Source: Bilabrum cf. latius
Taxonomy: Eukaryota
DNA length: 64,000 nt
Reading direction: 5' to 3'
Assembly (NCBI GenBank): GCA_965178125.1
Contig: OZ237738.1
Coordinates: 1,550,001-1,614,000 of the forward strand
Part shown: positions 11,201-24,700 of the stretch, piece after piece
How the letters are laid out: each line of letters opens with the position of its first letter
Numbering within the stretch: position 1 is the first letter of the stretch
Translations under genes and position numbers: made by a program
The notes under the pieces: generated by a model
The model's database searches: none
What the model was told of the DNA's origin: nothing
Seen by the model: only the letters and a program-made list of their open reading frames with translations

Positions 11201-14200
11201 TACCTGCGCGATGCAAGGAAGCATCATAGAACAGTTCGAAATCGATATTCCAAGCGTGTCATGCGCAATCAGTCTTCCGCAGCAATCTCACCTTCTGGCA
11301 GCGAGCGCCACTCCGCCGTGGCCGTAGGCAGACAGAGCGGACCGTGCCATTGCGGCGAGCCCCTCTGCCATAGAAACCTAGCAAACTGCGGTGAGGGGAA
11401 ACAAAAACCGACAGAATCAGCGCAGGATGGTCGTATGCTGCTCTTAAGCGCCGTAGTAGAAGCCGCTAAGCAGATGCCCTACACTCACCGAGGTCCTGCG
11501 AGATTGCGGCTGCTGCAGTGCTAGGCGCGGCGCCCGAGTTCTCCTGCGGGGAAGATGAGTCTGTCGGTTCCGCGTCTACCATGGCTGCCTGCTCCCCGGC
11601 CATCTTTGAGCCCGACTCGCCTGTTACCGCCGTGGATTCATCAGGCACTGGCTGCCCCAGCGCGATGCTGGCTGCAGCCTCGGCCGCCCGCAACAGAGCC
11701 CCCTGCAGCGCGCCCAGCTCGACCGACCCGCTGGACGAGGACGAGGACACCTGCGCGGCACCTGGTGCCCCGCGAGTCGCCTCTGCCCGTGCCCTCCGAA
11801 GCACGTGCTCGGGCACATCCCGCGTCCCTGCTCCTCCCCCCTCCCGGCCCGCCCACGCGCGGAGGCCCATCACCTGGCGCAGAATCACCCCTAGGACGTC
11901 GAGGGCCCACGGGGAGGCGGCGGCGGCGGCGGCTGCTTCGGCTGCCTGGGGGGTCTGCTGCGCCGCGCCCCGGCCCCGCCTCCCGCTGGCCCCCACCCCG
12001 GTGCCTCCGTGCGCCGCCGCCGCCGCGACGGCCGCTCGCGCCCGCCCCGGCAGCTGGCCCCGAAGCACCCCAACCAGGACGCTGGAGATGGCCAGCAGCA
12101 GCTGCTCGGCCCCCGGGGCCAGCGGGCTCCCCCACAGCAGCAGCAGCTCCTGCACGGTCCTGCCCACCAGCCCCCTCCAGTCCACGTCCCCGCTGGACGA
12201 GGACGAGGCCATGAAAGAGGCGGGCCCCGCCACCGCCGTGGACCCGCCCGTGGCCCCGCTCAACAGGTGGCCCGCGATGGTGCGAGCCACCCTCCGGGCC
12301 TGCTGCAGCCCCTGGGCCCCCGAGGCCGCCAGTGCCCGAGCTACCCCCGCCTGCCCCGCCGCTGCAGTCGCGGCAGTGCCGGAGCTGGCCCCTGATGCTG
12401 CCTCGATCCGGTCTCCCATGGGGACAGGGGATGCATCGGGGTCAGTCTATGCCTCGGCCCCTGCCCGCCTGCCTCTGCCCCTGCCACCTCCGGCTGGCCT
12501 CTTGCGCTTCCTGCCCCTGCCCCTGCCTGCTGGGGGCACAACCTCCTGCACCTCATCCTCCTCCTCGTCCTCCTCGTCCTCATCCGCCCCTCTCCCGCCG
12601 TCCTCCTGCCCCAGAGCCCAGGCCGCATCCATCTGCCCCCGCTCGGGATCCCCAGCGGCGGCCCCTTGCACGAGCACCACGGCCAGAGCGGTGGATGCGC
12701 TCACCCCCTTGCAGCCACTTGCTTCGCCCAGCGACCCGAGCACAGCGCTGGCGCCCCCGCTGGGGTCCAGCCCAAGCCTCCCCGCCACTGCCAGGGGGCG
12801 GGCGTGCAGCCTACGTTCTGCTAGCCCGCCCTCGGCAGCGCGCTGCAGTGCAGCGGCAGCGTCCCTCGTAATGGACAGCCGCTGGCCCGCAGAGTGGGCC
12901 CGCTTCACGAGGGCCTGCAGCAGCTCAAGGCACTGCAGCTGCACCCCCTGGCACAGGGCCGCGGCGTCGTTCGCGCTGCCTGTGCCTCCTGCCACTCGCT
13001 TGGGCCGCCGCCCACCCCTCCCCCGGTGCTGGGGGGAGCCCCTGGATCCAGCCGCCGAGGAGCCGGGGACCACAGCCAGCGCCCCCTCGGCGCACAGCGA
13101 GGCCAGCTGCAGGCCGGGTCCTTCTCCGAGCGAGATCCTCTGCGCCGCCTCCTTGCATGCTTCCATGCACTGCACGCATGACTCGGCGAGCGGCGCCGCA
13201 CGTGCTCTAGCCAGGGCGACTGTTCCCTCGAAGCTGTACTCGCCCTGGATCACGGGCCTTGAGAGTTCCGCAGTGCCTTCCTTGTTCCCTGGGCTGGACG
13301 CCGAGGGAGGGCCGGCCGCCTGCCCCCTAAGCGACGGGTCCCAAGCTGGCAGCACGACCGTCCGGAGGGCAGCTCGCAGCGAGGCCACGAGAGCGGCGGG
13401 GGCGCCCTGGCTCCTAGCAGAGGAGGGGAGGGCCCTCCAGGCTAGCAGGCGGGCGAGGCAGGCGCCTGCCTCCACGGCTGTGAGGCACGTCTGCCGGTCG
13501 GACTCGCTGGCAGCTGCCACAGTCCACTCGACAGCTGCCTAGCTGCGACCCGCACTGCCCTCTGCCCCCTCAGAAGCAGCCGACCCGCCCTTGCCCTTAC
13601 CCTTACCACTGGCGGCCGCCTTCGACGAGGCGGTCCCTCTCCAGTACTCCACCGCGAGTATGGGACCCGCCTCGCCGGCTCCAGGGGCCATCACCACCCT
13701 GCTGCCATCTGGGGCCTCTGCCAGGCCTCCAGTGGAGGGAGCGCAGCTGCTGCTGCTGCTGCCTGCTTCCTGGCCAGCGGTGCCCTCGCCATCGCCCCCC
13801 TTGTCCCCGTTGGTGAGGTCGATGATCGCGTCATCCTCGCTGCCAAAGGAAAGCGAGTCTGGAGCGGCAGCACGCTCCTCTTCCTCCTTCTCACCATCGC
13901 CCTCACCGGCATCCATCGCGCTCTGTCCTTGCGCCCCTCTCGCCGCCCTGCCTCCAGCTCCACGGGACCTCTAAGCGATCCGCTACAGCGCGGCATCCTC
14001 GTCCCCATCTCCGACATCGTCCGACTCCTATGCCTTCCGGGGCGCCTTGCTGCTCGCCCTGCCCCTCTTGCCTCCTCCCTTGCCCCCGATCGCACCTGCC
14101 CCATCCACAGCAGCCAGTGCCCAATGCGCGTGCTCCGACAGCACCGCAGTGGCCTGCAGGCAGGCGCACAGAGCAGCGATCAACCCCTCCCCTCCCGCCT

Positions 14201-15482
14201 GCGCCAGCGCGTCTGCGTCCTCTGCATCCCTCGTCGTCCTGGCTTGGGCCCCGCCCTGCGCCCCATCCCATCCGCTGTCCGGCTCCGGCTCCAGTGCCAG
14301 AGCCCCCGAGCGAGCTGCCTCTGTGAGTGCCACAAGCAGGGGCTCCACTTCCTCGGGCAGCAAGCACAGCTCCCACGGGTGGCTGGCCCGCGGGAGGAGC
14401 TCGGCGGGGCCCGAGGACGACGAAGACGAAGACGCGTCAGTACCGGATGAGCTGCCGGAGCCGGACGAGGAGGACGAGGAGGACGTGACACGCGCCCGCT
14501 TGCGGGAGGGCCTGCCGGGCCCTTGCTCCTTCCCCCCATCTGCATCATGTGCACCAGATTCTCTGGCAATCGCCTGCTTCAGATCCAGCGCACCCTCCAC
14601 GCCCAGTCTCAGGCGCACACCAGCCACAGCGCGAGTGGCTGCCAGCATGAGGCGTCGTAGCCCGCCCCGCTCGCCGCCCGCCCTCGATCCGATGGTGGAG
14701 TCATCCGCCACATCCACCGCCACTTGCACGGCAGCTCGCACAGCCCTCTCAGCCGCCTCTTGCAGGGCCCTCATCTCGGCGAGCAAGTCCTCGTCGAGCA
14801 CTTGCCCGTGCTCGCCCGCCGAGGGGGGGCCTGCACCACTCCCAGATTCAGCAGCAACAGTAGCAGCAGCAGCAGGTGCAAGACGACCGGAGGCTGAGCT
14901 GGACGGCGGGGACTCGAAGACTCGGCCGCTGTCTTGGGAGACGGACGGAGCACCTGCTTCCGGGCGAGCACCGGCGCCTCCTCCCTGACGCTCTGGGCTC
15001 GTCAGCGAAAGCAAAGAGTTGCTGGGTGAAGCCAAACTCCCCGCATCTGCTTGTCCTGAGCTTTGATTCCTGTCCTAGCCGGCTGCTGCTGTTCTGGACG
15101 CCGAAGAAGATGACGCAGCTGTGGGCTGGCCCAGGGCCGCCGCTGTTTCAGATGCGCCGGGCGCAGAACCTACGACTGTTGCTACCGCGCTGCCCGGCGT
15201 GCTCGTCCTAGATTGAGCTGCCAATACACCTGATTGCGTGGATGCAACAGGCTGCTCACGCAAATCCTAGCCCATCTTCCGCCTCCGCTTGAGTTTTCTA
15301 GCGACGGCAGGGTGCTCTCGAACAAGCTGCTGGACAGCGGCCTGAAAGTCCCAACTGTTTGCTTCGAGAGCAACTGTACATGATTCCAAAGGAAACCCGT
15401 ACACAGCCAATGCTTTGGTCTGCGCACGCTGCTTCTTTGTCGTCGTCCGATCTGTGGCAGCCTGCTCACTGGTTGCAGACAT
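5201..15482 (-). CDS. NIPBL: Cohesin loader NIPBL/Scc2, ~3247 aa, 4 introns (11386-11488, 11204-11291, 11058-11146, 10697-10954), ~12 in-frame TAG
   Basis: Successive ORFs join in frame across TAG only, and the spliced length is divisible by 3. Scc2-type motifs PLAPGAEQLLLAI, ARRYWLAQWMHD, VKQHALRALRSV..DASVL, FSDAGRSVRAEAL, LQDDGVSVRRAAIAIL, RLASDEEE, LSQGVAGPEEA, LASLPLDTEEAVL. Ends at TGA. Confidence 0.88.
10809..10815 (-). terminator. Pol III oligo-T terminator of the tRNA
   Basis: T7 run on the minus strand 7 nt downstream of the tRNA 3' end. Confidence 0.7.
10823..10894 (-). tRNA. tRNA-Thr(TGT), intronic
   Basis: Reverse complement folds as a cloverleaf: GCCGGTT TA GCTC AGTGGTA GAGC A CCAGT CT TGT AA ACTGG GGGTC GCGAG TTCAATC CTCGC AGTCGGT A. 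Confidence 0.93.
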
Positions 15483-15939
15483 TTTGCACAGCTATCGTAG
15501 GCACAATGCTAGTGAACTGCGGTCAACATGAATGTATATAAAACATAAATACTATAAAGCGAGTATTTGGACATGAAAAGGCGAAAAGTAGGAAGAAATT
15601 CCGCATAAGAATAGCGTGGGGTGCCAGGAGCAAATGCTCAGGGGGCAGTGCAGGTATCTGGCCCCTCGTTCACTTACCTCAAGCTTCTGTACGCGGCTTA
15701 TCTGTATAATTTAAGGTATTAACGCTAGTATATCGCACGTATCTCACTTAGAACGTGATCTTGAGAGTGAAAGGCTCGGTCGACGAACCTAGGTAGGGTG
15801 TACTTCACAAGAATTCAGATTTGGCGTTCAAGTTTTGCTGGCGCTGGCAAGGGCACTGCTGTCGCATTGCAGATAGTTGGCGACGAAATGCCGCTGGCCC
15901 AACGCATAATATCTCTCTTGAAGACCCTGCCTTACGAGC

Positions 15940-17853
15940 TCACGCTGGAGGCCTGTTCGTCGCGTTGGAGCAGACGCAGGAGTCCCAGACGGCGAGGCCG
16001 GGCTTGCCCTCGGCCCAGAACTGGTCTGCCTCTGTCTGGTTGTACGGCTTCCCGCAGCACGGAGCCACGCTCCAGTCAAGCGCTTCTAGCTGGCTGGGCA
16101 CCCTCACGATCGTGCTGTTGCGCTGGTCCCTTGCCTCAGTCATGCGGCGGGCCACCTGGGCGTAGGCCGGCTCCGTGGTGTTGAGCGGGTACTTCTCCCC
16201 GTAGTCCCACTGCATGTTGAACAACAGCGGGGGGTCGCGGGGCGTGGGCGGCTCGGTCCCAAACCCAGGCCTCGTCAGGAAGTGCGCCTTGTAGTCCACG
16301 CCCTCCACGCGGCCCCGCACCGCGTAGATGTCAGGGCCCCTCCAGTAGAAGAGGAAGTCGTGGAGCGGATCCGAGGGGGGGCTCCAGCGGTCCGCGGACT
16401 CTGCGGGGGAAGGTTCGCCGTCCTCCAGCAGCTGGGTCGCACTGGTAGAGGAGGACGAAGAGTTGCCAGCGGGTCGCAGCCAGGGCCAGAAGTCCCGCCC
16501 GTCGAGCCCCGCGGGTGCCTGCACGCCGGATCGCTTGAGGAAAGTCGGCATCACGTCCATCATGCTGGCGGGCTCCTGCACCTGCTGCCCGGGGGACACC
16601 CGTCCGGGAGCCCAAAGAGCGAACGGGACTTGCACGCCGCCCTGCTTACGACAGGTAGAAAGGACGCAAGGATTGAAACGAAACGTAGCTAGAGCGCGGA
16701 ATGCGGAGGGCAGGCGAGCACCGAGGCATAGATCATCCCTGGCTTCAAGCATCCAAGCGGCCAGCGCCCGCGAGGCAATTCACCCCTGTTCCTTCACACA
16801 AACATCACCCTTCTTTCTCACCTGATACGTGCTCCCCTTCTCCCCGCGGAGCTCCCCGTTCCTGCCCCCGAACTCGGGGTGCGTGGCAGCATCGAAGAAG
16901 CCGCTCGAGGGCGCCACCCAGGCCCCGTTGTCGCTCGTGAAGATCACCGTCGTGCTCTCCGCGATGCCCTGGGCCTCGATCTCCCGGAGCACCTGGCCCA
17001 CGGCCTCGTCCATCTGCAGGGTCATGTCCCCGAAGGGGCCCCTGCGGCTGGTGTTGCGGAACTGCTCGTTCACGTAGAGGGGCACGTGGGAGGACTCGAA
17101 GGCGAGCACCATGAAGAAGGACTGACCGGGGCGGGGACCCGGCTGGACCAGTCGCTGGGCCGGTGGCGGGACGTGCTTGGTGTCGTTTCCAGCCAGGCGG
17201 ATGACCTCGAGGGAGCGCTGCAGGTACCTGTCCGGCATGGCCAGCAGGTCCGCGGGCTGCTCCACCAGCTTGAGGTTCTCGTGGACGGAAACTGGGGGCA
17301 GCAGCACATTCTCCGGCGGCGGACCAGGGAAGCCTTCCTCGTGCGAGACTTGCAGGCCGTAGTAGTAGTCGAATCCTTTCTGCACGAGCGTGCAGTTGTT
17401 GCCTTCGTACGAGCCCGTGTGAGCCTTGCCGATGTAAGTGACGAACTGGTCACGTTCCTTCAACAGAGGTGGGAGTACGGTCGCGTTAGGATGAATGCAG
17501 CCCGTACTGACCGGCAAGAAAACCCTATAGATTAGGTCGAGCGGGTATCGCGTAGAAGTATACACCCCGTTTCTTGGCGACTCCACAGAGGTCAACAGCG
17601 CCGCCCTCCCTGGAGAGCACAGCGGAGCAGACATAAACTGAGTGAACGTGGCGCCCTCGTGGAAAATCCTGTCGATGTTCGGGGTGAACAACGTCTGCGA
17701 GCCTAGGGCAGAGATGTCGCCAATCCCCACGTCGTCTGCCATAATGATGAGAACGTTTTCCTGGCTAGTTTGCGAGGCACAGGCTGCAACCATTAATAAA
17801 GTTGCAGCCACTCCTGCTAAAGTTCTCATTTGTCTTAAGATGCCGCAATGCAT
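15940..17853 (-). CDS. Formylglycine-type (S1) sulfatase, arylsulfatase/GALNS-like; intron 16642-16821
   Basis: NVLIIMADDVG, TPNID, CSPGRAALLT (CxPxR), IGKAH, VIFTSDNG, LRGEKGSTYQ|GGVQVP, SMMDVMPT, PLLFN. Signal-peptide-like N-terminus; start may be 17829. Confidence 0.9.
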
Positions 17854-18753
17854 GATGTAAACTGCTGGGTGGCTCTGATATTTAACTCCGAGTTTTAGCC
17901 AGCAGACTTCGACAGTACGATTTGCTGCTCCCAGCGAGCACCATGCATACTTTTTGCTGGAAAAAACATGCTACTGATAGTCAATAGATAGTAGCCATGC
18001 CGATCAAGCGAAAAGTGAGGCTTAAACGGGTAGCAGGGAGCATTGTCAGGCAGGCCCGAGGCCTACCTTCGTGCGACCACCTGGCGACCACAGATTAGTC
18101 TAGGCGGGTCCCACGTGTGCGGCTCCAGACTAGGCTGCAGTGCGCTGCTTGTCCGTCTTATCACTGCTATGCGCTCCGGCATGCAGGCCACCAAACTCCA
18201 CTTAACTCCTCGATGCCCACTGCTCCACTAGCAGCTTGGGAGGTTTTCGAGGTTGCTGGAACCCTGCTCACCTTGTTGGTGTGCGCCCAAAGATGCACAA
18301 TGGCGCTAACCCAAAGGCTTCCGATGCTTCAAAGGCATCACGAGTTCATTAAAACTCGCCTATCCAGTCGTACGGTACTCATGGCCTATCCGGGCCGGGC
18401 GCGACGCGCACGACGGGCAGCACCGTGACAGTCGGCATCCTTGCGACCAAGTGCGACCACACGCCGGGGCCGAATCCTGGTGACGATGCCATAGTTGAGC
18501 AAGGGCGAACAGAACTGTATCACGACGGCGGCAACAGTAATTTAACGATACAAAGATTGCATTGCTGCGTCGATGCAACTTGGTGATCCACCGCAAGGTT
18601 GCCATACTTGTTGTCATCCATGTGAGTTGTGCATGCTCTGGAGGCTGGCCACGCTTTTTTTCGCATCAGGGACTGCACACTGCCAAGAATGACATGATAA
18701 GTGTACTACGACATCGCAGGAAGCCAAAGGTTATTCTAAATGGCTTCAGTGTA

Positions 18754-21700
18754 ATGTCAGCCCTGGCGTTTCTTCTATTTGGGGCGGCTATTCGGGCCCA
18801 AGGGTCTCGTATTGCAGTCCACGGGACAGGGTCACCGGCACCTAGTTCAGCAATCAATGATATGGTGTCGCTATATCGCTTGCAGGACGAAAATGTCGTG
18901 AGTTCGGTTCGCGTTCGTGTTCCTGTTCATTCCAGCTGCAGTGACGTTGCAACGCTAGGAGGCCTCAAGGAACTATTTGTGCATTATCTCGAACCAGGCT
19001 GATGATATACGATTTGAAATACCCTTAACCCCCGCTATCATGAGCTGGACTTTACTCGCTGCCGCAGAGCATCTTGTACGCCCCGTATACTTCCGATGCT
19101 GGATTCGAGGCGATTACCAGAGTGGAAACGGATTTTGCAGGTAGCTCAATTCCCCCTCCGTCTTCGATTTATGAAACCTAGACTGATATTCAAGCTGTGC
19201 CCGCCCTAGCGTCGGCAATACTACCCGTGTACAACATACAGTTGCTACCAGCCAATGGGTCGGACAACCCGTTGCGCCCTCCGGCGAACATGGAGATAGC
19301 ACCCGGAGTTGTTGTCGGGGAAAGGTTGATTGTTTCCAGTGAAATCCTTGCCGACATATTTGAGGGCAGGCTGTCTCGATGGAACGATCCACGGCTGCAG
19401 GCGCTGAATCCACACATCAGCTCTAGGCTACCGAGCACTGGTATCATCAGGGCTGTCCGAACAACGAGCAGCGGCAAGACTGAAGCATTTGCTGGATTTC
19501 TCGCGCAGTCGTCGGCTTCCTTCATCGTATCCGCCATCGATGTCTCGGAGGATGCCACCCTGTCGCTTCCTGCGTGGCCGGAAGGAAACACAACATTCGC
19601 TCTGCCCGGGGCCGCCAATGGGAGCGCAGTGGGGGCAGGCCCTCTGCCGCCAGGGGAATACGCAACCACACGGCTGGTGCGGGCACGGGGCACGTCTGGC
19701 GTGGCTGACGTGGTGGTGGGGACGCCTGGGGCCATCGGGTATATCGCTGCAGATGAGGCTGTGGAGCGGGGCATGACCAGCGCGCTGCTGCTGAATCGAG
19801 GAGGCCGCGTGGTGGACAGCACCGCGGAGGCAGTCACGGTCACGCTCATGGAGCGGGGCGCCCGCTTCGACGAGCGGCTGACTGCCTCTTTGCTGGGAGC
19901 CGAGTCTGTGTTTGCGTGGCCTTTGGTAGGGTACACGTACGTGGTATGGGCCATGGAGAGGAGCCGCAGCCTGAGGCAGGAGGCCGTGAGGCTGGGGCAC
20001 GAGGACTCGCTGGCTGGTGAGCTGGCTTTGTCGAGGGAGCTGCAGGGGCAGGGGAGGGAGGGGGCGGCGCGGCTGCGGGAGCTGTGCAGGCCCAAGCTGG
20101 AGGCAGCCAAGTTCTGGCTGTGGTCTTACGGGAGTGAGGCGGTGGCTGGGATGATGCGCAGCCGTGGGTTTGTGCCTGTGACCACGTTCGTCCGGGATAC
20201 GGTGAGGAACAGGCTGCGGCGCGGGCTATTTTGCGGAGGCCTGCCCCTGTTCGAGCGCACGGGGGTGCAGGGCATTGTGGGAACCGGATCGGAGGACCTG
20301 ACGACGTACGTGAATCTGGTGCGGTTCGGGAGGGCCGTTGTGAATCCTGGAGACACGCCTCTGGCCACCATCAACGAGGCGCTGTTCCTGCAGAACGACG
20401 AGCTGGTGGAGTCCTTCCAACCCCTCAACTCAACGGACAGGAGGCTCGAAGCCGCCGCAGGCTCGAGCCGCGACTCGAAAGAGATCCTTGCCAATAGTGA
20501 TGGCATTGCCTCGTCCTCATTGGAGCCATCCACGATAGAGCGAGGCACGGCACCAACGCTGGCTCGCATCGCAGGATCGGGCCCCTGGTCTCGGCTGTCG
20601 CCAGACCAACCATCCCTTTCGTGGCCGGACGATCTGATCGGGTCGAGCGAAGATAGCCTTATCGGCGCGCTTCGGCGCTCGCTGGCCGATGGAACCGAGG
20701 CGGGGCGGGTGAAAGAGCTGCGGCGCATGCTGCAGACAGCTGCAGGGCAGTCTGCTGCCTCCAGCCAGCCATCCACGCCAGAGTACGGAGGGCTAGACCC
20801 TGGATTTGCGGTGGCACTCTGGGCGGGCTGCGCCGACTTGGCAGCTCAGATGGTGATCCCGGGGGGGAACGTGCCTCTGAGCGATGTGGCGACCCGCGCC
20901 GGCCTGCCTCCTGGTGTGGCGCTGGCCAGCGCGCAGCTCCTCGGTGCCACCCTGACCCCGCTGCTGCCCGAGCAAGAGAACCTGCAGGCTCCGGTGAGCA
21001 CGTGTGGAGGCGTGGGCCCAGGGGCCGTTGGGCTCGAGGCGATTTTAACCCTGCTGGGCATGCACTCGATATTTCGACAGAACGCCAACTTGCTGCAGGG
21101 GCTCACTGGACCCTACGGAGAGCGTCAGATTCAGGACGCGCTGGACCCAGCCAGCGCCGAGCTGCCGCGCCCCGGAAGCCCCATCCCCCCAGCCATCTCT
21201 GCGAGCCGAGAGGGCAATCCCTACCTGGATGGCTCTGTGTATCTGCCGGACATGCCCTGGCAGAGCTACCCGCAGATGCTGCGCCCGGAGCTGTTCTTCG
21301 AGTTCATCCCGTACCCCGTGGCTGTCGCGGGCCAAGGGTTCGTGTACACGCTGGCATCACTCGATGCAGCCAGGGACTGGGGCCCAGACCCGGGCGATCC
21401 GACCTCGGCGGCCTCGCAAGCCCCCGCCCTTGCATTCTGCTGGAAGACAATCGCTGGCATTCTGTCGGGGAATGTGACTCATTGGGACGACTCGCTGGTG
21501 CAGGCGGACAACCCGTGGGCTGCAGGGCTGCTCCCGCATGTGCCCATCACCGTGATCTTGCCGCCGTTCCCATCATCAGCTATGTATACATTGGTCGAGC
21601 GTGCCTCGGCAGCTTTCCCGCCTTTTGCTGACTGGATACAGTCACGCCTGACGCCAGCTGCTCAGGTGGTAACGCCCATCTCCACAGCAGTGCCGACGTT

Positions 21701-24700
21701 CCAACAGGATCTGTACCCGGCTCACTTCATGCGGATGTAGTCCGTCTCAGGAGCAAAGAGCATCCTGTCGGCCACCGAGGGCGGCTTGCTGGTGGACACC
21801 ATCTCGCTCCCCAGCCCGGGCAGGGTGGGCCAGTTCCTGGCACATGTCAACGAATCCGCGGGCGCATCGCGAGTAGCAGACAGATGCAGCTCGCCAGATC
21901 CCCGTGCAACAGCTCCCCCAGGCATGGCCCGCATGCCGCTGTGCAGCGCGTCCATCGAGGCGTGCTTCGATGCCTCCCCGCTGGCCTTCAACGAGAGCTC
22001 GCTGCAGGTGAACCTGGGTGCGGCCTCTCTCGAGCAGCAGGTGGCCGTGGGCTGCTGGCCCATCACCTCGACGTACGTGGCGGTGCTGCCCAGGAGGTAT
22101 GCCAGCGCCGATGTGGCTGACACGTCGTCCTCGGCCGTGATCTCGGAAGGACTCAGGGACTACCGCACGGACCCGGATAGCTATGAGGCGCGGACTGGAG
22201 CTGGCAACCTGCTGCCGCTGCTGCCTCCGTGTGACCGCGGCCAGCGTGCCGCTGACCAGGTCAAATTTGGGCTGACTCAGGAGGCGCAGGACTACCTTGT
22301 GCGTTTCCCAGGACTCGGCGCCCTGCCTGAGCGAGCCCGCGCTGCGATCGAGCGGTCGCTGGATTTGGACCTGCTGTGCGGGGACCAGCCAATGGCTCGG
22401 CCGGTGGTGCAGTGCCAGGCAGGCGAAGAGCGGATCAGCTCCAGCCTTTGTCGAAGGTGCGTGGCAGGCACATTCATCCTGCCGGGCCAGGCATCGTGCG
22501 ATGAGTGTCCCCGGGGCGCGGTGTGTCCCGGAGGCGACCAGGTGCTGGCACGGCCGACGTACTGGCAGGATCCTGGCAGACTGACCACGCTGTACCCGTG
22601 CAGAGAGGGCGCGTGCTGCGAGAATCCGACGGGGTAGGGGGTATTCCGCGGGTGTTCCCTAGAAGACGAGGGCCGATGTGCTGACGATCGCTAGAGTGAT
22701 TCGCTCCTGTGCGCCAAGTGCCTCGATGGCCTACGGACGCTGGGAGGCAGGTGCTACGGCTCGTGCGACGCTCCTGCAGTTGTAGCTCGGCAGTATGGTA
22801 TTGGTGCTGCGATTGTGCTCGTCGCGCTGCTGCTCAACCTGCTCATGATGTACCTGGGGCCGGCAGGGCACTCTGGCCTCTTCAAGGTCATGGTCGATCA
22901 CGTGCAGGTGGCCTTCCTATTCCTGCAGGGAGTCAGCGGATCCATCGCTAACGTGCCGGCTGTGTTCGGTGTATCCGACGAGATCCCAGCCACGATGCAT
23001 GCGATGGCATGCTTGCTGGGCCCCAACAGCGAGTACCTGGCCCCAATCTCCCAGGGACTCGTGGCTCTCTTTGCTCTTGGCATGCTGCCCGTGATGTTCT
23101 CGATTGAGCTGGTCGGGAGGAAAGCACTCAAACTCGTTGTGTACTACTGCGCCCCGGATGAGGACGTGCAAGACTTTTCCCGACTGGCCCAATTGCGCAG
23201 GGTGACGGCCCTCGAGATGCACTCGAGGGCATGGTGCGGCTCTGCTGGATGCTGTCGAGGGACTCCGAGGCCTCGCTTGCAGCGCATCACGACAAGCGGT
23301 CATAGCTACGAGGTAGCAAGCAGTAGCTAGGTGGATACTGCCAGCTCTGCAGGAGTCCATGAGACACCGCGAGGGCCATTGGACCCCGAGGGGCGCCTTA
23401 CCGTGCCGGACTCGGCTCGACGGAACGCTCCCGATTCGGCCAGAGCATATAAGAAGTTGAATTGGTTCCGGACTGGCACCGATGTGGACATGAGATTCCG
23501 GGGCAGGTACTTCTGGGCTTCGTGGCGTATGCTGTTGATCAGCTACATGGCGGTTTTGCTGTCCGCGTTGTCGGTGCTTGATTGCAAGGACGTGGCAGGG
23601 CAGCGGCTGATGAGGACTGCGCCAGGTCTGCGGTGCGATTCGGGCCAGCACCGCACACCGTAGGCACTGGCAGTGATTGTGACTATCGTGGTAGCAGCTG
23701 CCTTACCCCTTTTTGTTGTTCTAGTCATGTATGACCAGCTGGGTGGCGAGACGGCTATACGGGTGGGTCGTTTCCAGGGTGCGAGTTTCTGGATGGCCAG
23801 GACCATCATGAAGGCCAAGGTGGCGCTGTCCAGGATACGGGGCGTGGGTCCGTGCTGCTGCGGTGGCATGGTCAGACAAAGGTGGTACAGAGAGTACGAG
23901 AATAGTGGCAAGGGCCTGCCTGGCGATGATCTAGTGCGGACGAACGGAGATCCGTTCCGGCTCATCGCCTTGAAGGACCGACAGAAGCAGATTAAGAGGC
24001 AAGCAATGCGATAGAAACCTAAGGATGAGCCCCCTAAAAGGAGCCACGGCGATTCTGTGGCCAGAGTGGTGCCGGCAGATGCATCTGACCTCACCCCCGG
24101 GGGTACACTTCGTCAAAGTGGCGTGCCTCAGCAGACAAAACGACGAGGAGCAAATCTGGCAAAGCTCAACGTGGAGGCAGAGCGGACCAGCTCAAGTGGT
24201 CGGGTCAAGCCGCTATCCACGCAGAGCAGGAGCAACTCGGGATCCGAGCACCCCTCCGGCAGTGAGGCAGAGGTGGCGGTAGCGCCAAGTACCCAAGAGG
24301 AGCCTCAGCTAGTGGAGGGCCGCAGCACAGAGAAACCCGAGGGCAAACAGAGCGAGAGCATGCATGCAGACATAGGCAGGGAAGTAGTCAAGCGCAGTGA
24401 TGACACGCGGCAGTTTGGCGCGCGGCGGGCCCGACCCATTCCTCAGATAGACATGGCAAACCTGTCCGCTAGCAAGTCGGCTGGGAGCGCGCACGGCAAC
24501 TCAGCGAGCGGACGCAACCCGTGCGCGAATGCTCCATCGATGGAATCAAGTATCCCCGGGGTTCGCTCCATCGGGTTAGATGTGGCATCCTCTGGGTATT
24601 CCCACGCAGCAGGTGGCTCCCAGGAGGTGGGACTGGTCACGCCCGAGCTGGCTCCAGGGGGACTGTCCCAGAGTCACTCAGATTGCCCCGACGCACCGTC

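Noticed and set aside
5357-14988. Long + strand ORFs (504, 497, 674 aa and others)
   Set aside because: Antisense shadows of the GC-rich NIPBL gene with no recognisable motifs.
15671-15682. ACTTACCT resembling the U1 snRNA 5' end
   Set aside because: No U1 stem-loops or Sm site follow; it reads better as a minus-strand GAG|GTAAGT donor-like site or chance.
18304-18316. CTAACCC as a telomerase RNA template
   Set aside because: Seven matching bases are expected by chance and the telomere repeat is unknown.
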